From contig URAF01000003.1 of the NCBI GenBank assembly GCA_900545885.1, positions 42,130 through 106,129 of the forward strand: a DNA stretch of 64,000 nt. Direction: 5' to 3'. Position 1 is the first letter of the stretch. The number at the start of each line of letters is the position of its first letter. The notes under the pieces were generated by a model. It did no database searches, was not told where the DNA came from, and saw only the letters and a program-made list of their open reading frames with translations. Shown here piece by piece: positions 58,734 to 64,000 of this stretch. The translations under genes were made by a program, and so were the position numbers. Source of the stretch: an uncultured Eubacteriales bacterium (GTDB taxonomy: Bacteria > Bacillota > Clostridia > Christensenellales > CAG-917).

Positions 58734-60155
58734 CTAGATATTACTGTATATGTCGAGATACTTCTTGGCGGACACTTTCCAACCGAAATCCTGTTTCATC
58801 GCGTTGGACGTCACGGCTTTCCAGTTTTCCTTGTCGAAGAATGTACCGTACGCGCGCCAGACGGCGTCGAGCATATCGTATGAATTATATGTCTTGAAGG
58901 TAAAACCTACACCCGTTTTCTCGACGGGATTGTAAGGAACGACGGTATCTTTAAGCCCGCCCGTTTCGCGGACAATCGGGATAGACCCGTAAGTCATCGC
59001 GATGAGCTGACCGAGCCCGCAGGGTTCGAACTTGGACGGCATGAGGAAGAGATCGGACGCGGCGTAAAGTTTGCTTGCGATGTCGCTGGAAAATTGGAGT
59101 ATGGCGCGGAACTTGTTGGGATACTGGCTCTCGACGCGTCTTACCATATTCTCGTACTTCCAGTCGCCCGTGCCGAGCACGACAACCTGAATGTCCGCAC
59201 GCATAATCTCGTCGATTACGGCGGCGAAAAGGTCAAGACCTTTCTGCTCCGTAAGTCTGCTGATGATAGCCATAAGCGGACGTTTCTCGTCGTATTTGAG
59301 GTCTATCATTTCGCAAAGTCCCTGCTTGTTGAGTTTCTTCTTGCCGAAGGAACGCAGAGTGTAATTCTGGAACAACGCCTTGTCGGTCGCGGGATTGTAA
59401 ACTTCTGTGTCGATGCCGTTGACTACGCCGTGCAGTTTGTAGCGGCGTTCGGACAGAATTCCGTCAAGACCGTACGAATAGAAGGGGTCGAGAATTTCCG
59501 TTGCGTAAGTTTCGCTCACCGTCGTAACCGCAAGCGCGGACTCTATGCCGCCTTTCATATAGTTGACGCAGCCGTCGTTCATGACGAGAGAACGCGCCCA
59601 ATCGGGAAGTCCGAGAATGTCGTCGAGAAGTTCGGTGCCGTACTTGCCCTGGAACTCGATGTTGTGGATTGTGAACACCGTCTTTATGTTGCGGTAGTCC
59701 TCCGAGAAACGGTAGAACACATCGAGATACACGGGCGTAAGCGCGGTGTGCCAGTCGTTGCAATGCAGAATGTCGGGATAGAAACCGATGAGCGGCAGGA
59801 CTTCGAGAACGGCTTTGGAGAAGTAGGCAAAACGTTCGCCGTCGTCAAAGTGTCCATAAAGACCCTTGCGCTTGAAATAATACTCGTTATCGACAAAATA
59901 ATAGGTTATTCCGTCGTAAATGGCTTCGTAAACCCCCACATACTGCCGTCTCCAACTCAGGTCGACAAAAGTCGAACCGACAAAACGGAAGTTGTTTTTG
60001 AAGGCGTCTTTTATTTCCTCTTTGTAGAAAGGAAGAATGACTCTGGCATCGTGACCGAGTTTTGCGAAAGTCTTGGGCAGCGCGCCCGCGACGTCACCGA
60101 GACCGCCCGTTCTCACAAACGGAGCCGCTTCGGAAGTTACAAACAAAATTTTCAT
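58734..60155 (-). CDS. glgA: Glycogen synthase (GT5)
   Basis: 473 aa from ATG 60155 (AAGGAGA RBS). It starts MKILFVTSEAAPFVRTGGLGDV. Confidence 0.9.
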   Translation of the reverse strand: MKILFVTSEAAPFVRTGGLGDVAGALPKTFAKLGHDARVILPFYKEEIKDAFKNNFRFVGSTFVDLSWRRQYVGVYEAIYDGITYYFVDNEYYFKRKGLYGHFDDGERFAYFSKAVLEVLPLIGFYPDILHCNDWHTALTPVYLDVFYRFSEDYRNIKTVFTIHNIEFQGKYGTELLDDILGLPDWARSLVMNDGCVNYMKGGIESALAVTTVSETYATEILDPFYSYGLDGILSERRYKLHGVVNGIDTEVYNPATDKALFQNYTLRSFGKKKLNKQGLCEMIDLKYDEKRPLMAIISRLTEQKGLDLFAAVIDEIMRADIQVVVLGTGDWKYENMVRRVESQYPNKFRAILQFSSDIASKLYAASDLFLMPSKFEPCGLGQLIAMTYGSIPIVRETGGLKDTVVPYNPVEKTGVGFTFKTYNSYDMLDAVWRAYGTFFDKENWKAVTSNAMKQDFGWKVSAKKYLDIYSNI

Positions 60156-60250
60156 AGTCTTTCTCCTTTTGAATGTCTGTGTTGAGTTCCGCACACCTGC
60201 GGAACCGGCCGTCTGCCCTGTTTACCGACCGTCTGTGCGTTCGGACACCG

Positions 60251-61366
60251 TCAGATGACTTTGCCTTTGACTACGACCATGGGATAGCTTTCGTATCCGC
60301 TCAGGCGTCTGCCCGACTGGATTATGCACTTCTTGTCCGTAATGGTGTAATCGAGTTGCGCGTTTTCCATTATTATGCCGCTTTCCATGATTATGGAGTT
60401 GCGAACAACCGCGCCTTTTCCGACTTTGACGCTACGGAAAAGAATGCTGTTTTCAACCGTTCCGTTGATTTCGCAGCCGTCCGCGATAATGGAATTGTGT
60501 ACGTTGGCGCCCTCATTATACTTGGTGGGGACGCTGTCCTTGACTTTTGTCAGTATGGTCGAATGGTGATAGAACAAATCCTCGCGCACTTCGGGGTCGA
60601 GCAACTCCATACTGCTCTTGAAGTAAGTGGGAATACGGTCTATAACCGCGACGTAGTTGTCGATTTCGTAGCTCATCACGTACAAATCGTTGAGCGACGC
60701 GCGGACGATGTCCTTTTCGAAGTCGTATGCGCCGTGAGCGTACGCGTTGTCGATGAGCGAAATGAGCAAATCCTTTCTCACATAGTAAATGTTGAGATTG
60801 CAAAGCTGTTTGCCCGTATCGGACGCGACGGGGAAACGCAAATCCTTGATGCGTTTGTTCTTGTCGGCGGTGACGATGAGTTTGCGCGGGGTCATATCCG
60901 TCGTGGAGTATGTGAGCATGGTGATATCCGCGCCCTTTTCCTCGTGGAACTTCTCCACTTCGTCAAAGTCGATGTTGAAGGCTATGTTGGTGTTGCTGAT
61001 GACGACGTACTCCTCGTTGGAGCTCATAAGGAAGCCGCGCAGCATATAAAGCGCTTCGATTTTGCCCTTGTACACGTCGTGAGCCGTATTGAATACGAAA
61101 GGAGGATAAACGGAAATACCGCTGTTCTTTCTGTTGAGGTCCCAGTCGCGACCCTGACGGATATGGTCCATCAGACTGTTGTAGTTGTTGCGCGTTATGA
61201 TACCGATTTTGGTTATGTTCGCGTGAACGAGGTTGGACAGCACGAAGTCGATAAGACGATACCTGCCGCCGAAAGGCAGACTTGCCGTGGTGCGGTGTAT
61301 GGTGAGGTCGTTGAGATGGCTGTCTTCGTCGGAAGCGAAAAGCACTGCTACTGCGTTGTTTTTCAT
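60251..61366 (-). CDS. glgD: Glucose-1-phosphate adenylyltransferase regulatory subunit
   Basis: 371 aa from ATG 61366 (AAGGAGGAA RBS). It is a GlgC paralog lacking the GGxGxRL motif (it has LPFGGRYRLIDF). Its position between glgC and glgA matches Firmicute glg operons. Confidence 0.8.
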   Translation of the reverse strand: MKNNAVAVLFASDEDSHLNDLTIHRTTASLPFGGRYRLIDFVLSNLVHANITKIGIITRNNYNSLMDHIRQGRDWDLNRKNSGISVYPPFVFNTAHDVYKGKIEALYMLRGFLMSSNEEYVVISNTNIAFNIDFDEVEKFHEEKGADITMLTYSTTDMTPRKLIVTADKNKRIKDLRFPVASDTGKQLCNLNIYYVRKDLLISLIDNAYAHGAYDFEKDIVRASLNDLYVMSYEIDNYVAVIDRIPTYFKSSMELLDPEVREDLFYHHSTILTKVKDSVPTKYNEGANVHNSIIADGCEINGTVENSILFRSVKVGKGAVVRNSIIMESGIIMENAQLDYTITDKKCIIQSGRRLSGYESYPMVVVKGKVI

Positions 61367-61377
61367 GGTTTTCCTCC

Positions 61378-62583
61378 TTACCCTATCATTTCGTTTGCGC
61401 CGACCACGGTATTGTCGGGCAGATTGTAGTTGGGGGCTATTACGCTGATTTTCCATTCGCCGGGCTTGCAGTCGGAAAGAGTTTCGCCGACCATGCAGCC
61501 TTTACCTATGACGGCGTTCCAGCCGACTATGGAATAGCGTATATCCGCGCCTTCGCCGATTACGGCGCCGGGCATGATTATCGAACCTTCGATATATGCG
61601 TTCTTGCCGATTGTGACGGAGTGCGACACTATGCTGTCCTTCACGGTTCCGTGCACGACGGTACCTTCGGAAATCAGGCAGTTCTGCACCCTGCCCGTCG
61701 GCGAAATATATTGCGGCGGTTCCGCCATGTTTCTCGCGTAAATCTTCCAGTTGTCGTCGTCAAGGTCGAGGTCTTCCGCTCCCTGTCCGCCGCGGAGAAT
61801 GTCCATGTTGGCTTCCCACAGCGAAGAAATGGTTCCGACGTCTTTCCAGTATCCGTTGAACTGGTAGGCAAACATTCTCTGTCCGTCGGCAAGCATCTTG
61901 GGAATGATGTTTTTGCCGAAATCGTTTTCGGAAGTCTTGTCCTCTTCGTCGGCAATCAGATAACGGCGCAGAACCGTCCACGTGAAGATATATATACCCA
62001 TGGACGCCTTTGTGCTCTTGGGTTTTTTGGGTTTTTCTTCAAACTCGTAAATTTCGTTGTTCTTTTTGAGGTTGAGAATACCGAAACGGCTTGCTTCTTC
62101 AATCGGCACGTCGAGCACGGCTATCGTGCAGTCGGCCTTGTTCTTCTTGTGCGCCGCAAGCATTTCGGCATAGTCCATTTTGTAGATATGGTCGCCGGAC
62201 AGCAAAACAACGTAATCGGGGTTGTAGTCGTCGATGAATTCGATGTTCTGATATATCGCGTTTGCCGTACCCTTGTACCATTCGCCCGATTTTGCGCGCA
62301 TAAAGGGAGGCAGAACGAAAATACCGCCGTTCAGTCTGTCAAGGTCCCACGGCTGACCGTTGCCGATGTACTGGTGAAGTTCGAAAGGACGGTACTGAGT
62401 GAGGACGCCTATCGTATCGATACCGCTGTTGATGCAGTTGGACAGCGGAAAGTCGATGATGCGGTACTTTGCCGCAAACGGCACTGCGGGTTTTGCGACG
62501 TCGGTGGTAAGCACGCCGAGGCGCGTACCCTGTCCGCCGGCGAGCAACATTGCGATGCACTCCTTCTTGACGTTGTTTTTCAT
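61378..62583 (-). CDS. glgC: Glucose-1-phosphate adenylyltransferase
   Basis: 401 aa. It has [15 protein letters not shown]...[19 protein letters not shown] and a C-terminal hexapeptide-repeat domain. Confidence 0.9.
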   Translation of the reverse strand: MKNNVKKECIAMLLAGGQGTRLGVLTTDVAKPAVPFAAKYRIIDFPLSNCINSGIDTIGVLTQYRPFELHQYIGNGQPWDLDRLNGGIFVLPPFMRAKSGEWYKGTANAIYQNIEFIDDYNPDYVVLLSGDHIYKMDYAEMLAAHKKNKADCTIAVLDVPIEEASRFGILNLKKNNEIYEFEEKPKKPKSTKASMGIYIFTWTVLRRYLIADEEDKTSENDFGKNIIPKMLADGQRMFAYQFNGYWKDVGTISSLWEANMDILRGGQGAEDLDLDDDNWKIYARNMAEPPQYISPTGRVQNCLISEGTVVHGTVKDSIVSHSVTIGKNAYIEGSIIMPGAVIGEGADIRYSIVGWNAVIGKGCMVGETLSDCKPGEWKISVIAPNYNLPDNTVVGANEMIG

Positions 62584-64000
62584 TATTTTTCCTCCTTATT
62601 TTCGGGTTTGAGGAACATAACCGAGTTTGCGGGTATGTTCAGTTTGACGGAGAAAGGCTGACCGTGCGCGGGTTTGTTCGACGCGCGGAAACTGGGACGC
62701 CTTTCCTCTTCGCCGCCGTATTTTTTGAGCGCGGACGTAAGTTCCGCTTTGTAAATTTTGTTTTCGGGTACGCCCATCACGTACTTGTGACGCGCAACGG
62801 GCGAGAAGTTCACCACACATATAACGTATTCGCCGTCGGCGGCTTTTCTGACAAAAGACACAATATTCTGCGTGTTGTCGTCGACGACAATCCACTTGAA
62901 CCCTTCATAACTGCAATCGAGCTGCCAAAGAGCTTTGTTTTCGAGGTAGAAGTTGTTCAAATCTTTGATGAACTTCTGGAAAGTGCGGTGACGCGGATAG
63001 TCGAGCAGGAACCAGTCGAGCTCCTGTGCGTAGTTCCATTCGATGAACTGCGCGAACTCGTTGCCCATGAAGTTGAGTTTCTTGCCGGGGTGTCCTGTCA
63101 TAAACCCGTAAAAGGCTTTGAGCCCTTCGAACTTCTGGTCGTAGTCGCCGGGAACTTTATTTATCATACTTGCCTTTCCGTGCACGACTTCGTCGTGGGA
63201 AATGGGCAAAATGTAGTTTTCGGAATACGCGTACGTTATCGCGAAAGTGAGGTTGTTGTGGTTGTCCTTGCGGAAAAAGGGGTCGAGCGAAATGTAGTGC
63301 AGGCAATCGTTCATCCAACCCATATTCCATTTGAAGTTGAACCCCAGTCCGCCTTGATACGCGGGCAACGTAACCATGGGGAACGCCGTCGACTCTTCGG
63401 CAACCGTGATTGCTCCGTGGTGCTTTGTGAGAAGAGCCGTATTCATTTTCTGCAGGAATTCTTTGGCTTCGAGATTGTAGTTTCCGCCGTAGCTGTTGGG
63501 AGTCCACTCCCCGTCCTTTCTGCCGTAATCGAGATACAGCATGGACGCCACCGCGTCGCAACGTATTCCGTCGATATGGTAGGTGTCGAACCAGAACATC
63601 GCCGCCGAAATCAAAAAGCTCTTGACTTCGTTCTTGCCGAAATCGTAAACCTTTGTGCCCCACTCTTTATGCTCGCCTTTCTTGGGGTCGGCGTACTCGT
63701 AAAGGGGCGTACCGTCGAACATTGCCAGACCGTGTTCGTCGCGGGGGAAATGCGCAAGCACCCAGTCGAGAATTATGCCGATACCCGCGCGGTGGCAACG
63801 GTCGACAAACTCCATAAAGTCCTTCGGCGTGCCGTAACGCGACGTAGGCGCGAACATTCCCGTCACCTGATAACCCCAGCTGCCCTCGAAAGGATATTCC
63901 GTGAGCGGCATGAGTTCGATGTGCGTATAACCCATTTTTTTGACGTAAGGAATGAGTTGGTCCGCAAGCGCGGTGTAATTGAGGAAGTTGCCGTCGGGAT
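62583..64000 (-). CDS. glgB: 1,4-alpha-glucan branching enzyme (GH13), C-terminal about 470 aa; the N-terminus lies beyond the right edge
   Basis: It has [44 protein letters not shown] and VAEESTAFP. The frame stays open upstream of the first in-window Met. Its stop overlaps the glgC start (TAATG). Confidence 0.85.
   Translation of the reverse strand, partial: PDGNFLNYTALADQLIPYVKKMGYTHIELMPLTEYPFEGSWGYQVTGMFAPTSRYGTPKDFMEFVDRCHRAGIGIILDWVLAHFPRDEHGLAMFDGTPLYEYADPKKGEHKEWGTKVYDFGKNEVKSFLISAAMFWFDTYHIDGIRCDAVASMLYLDYGRKDGEWTPNSYGGNYNLEAKEFLQKMNTALLTKHHGAITVAEESTAFPMVTLPAYQGGLGFNFKWNMGWMNDCLHYISLDPFFRKDNHNNLTFAITYAYSENYILPISHDEVVHGKASMINKVPGDYDQKFEGLKAFYGFMTGHPGKKLNFMGNEFAQFIEWNYAQELDWFLLDYPRHRTFQKFIKDLNNFYLENKALWQLDCSYEGFKWIVVDDNTQNIVSFVRKAADGEYVICVVNFSPVARHKYVMGVPENKIYKAELTSALKKYGGEEERRPSFRASNKPAHGQPFSVKLNIPANSVMFLKPENKEEK

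Overview
A 64-kb chromosomal window that looks like an anaerobic Bacillota (Clostridia-type) genome. Supporting evidence: bulk GC of about 50-60% from hand counts of sample lines; the Firmicute syntenies pth-mfd, ecfA1-ecfA2-ecfT-truA, tmk-holB-yaaT and glgB-C-D-A-P; and the presence of PFOR, rubrerythrin and a 2[4Fe-4S] ferredoxin. I call about 55 protein genes and two tRNAs (Ala-UGC, Ile-GAU), plus Rho-independent terminators and sigma70-like promoters read directly from the sequence. I found no rRNA, CRISPR array, transposase or integrase. Most of the window is housekeeping: three aminoacyl-tRNA synthetases (glnS, serS, leuS), the ECF transporter energizing module, tadA, rlmH, truA, ung and a complete glycogen operon with an extra GH13 enzyme. 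The accessory content has five parts. (1) At 36.8-43.1 kb, a 1878-aa SF1 helicase with a DUF4011-like region, a Vsr/DUF559-like nuclease fold and a DUF3320-like tail. This architecture matches, as I recall it, the single-gene anti-phage system Hhe. Here it appears co-transcribed with a small zinc-ribbon/2-TM/coiled-coil protein, and this pair is my best candidate for an undescribed two-gene variant. (2) At 7.2-10.1 kb, an operon of a multi-zinc-ribbon coiled-coil protein and two paralog-like membrane proteins that share a short peptide motif. (3) A collagen-like (G-X-Y) protein with a beta-helix C-terminus, next to secreted GH18, GH5 and beta-propeller glycosidase-like genes. (4) A low-GC three-gene islet flanking the tRNA pair. 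(5) A membrane-protein gene that appears frameshifted. All family assignments come from motif recognition by eye. No BLAST or HMM search was possible, so names are hypotheses graded by confidence. Many long ORFs in the supplied track are antisense shadow ORFs and were rejected.
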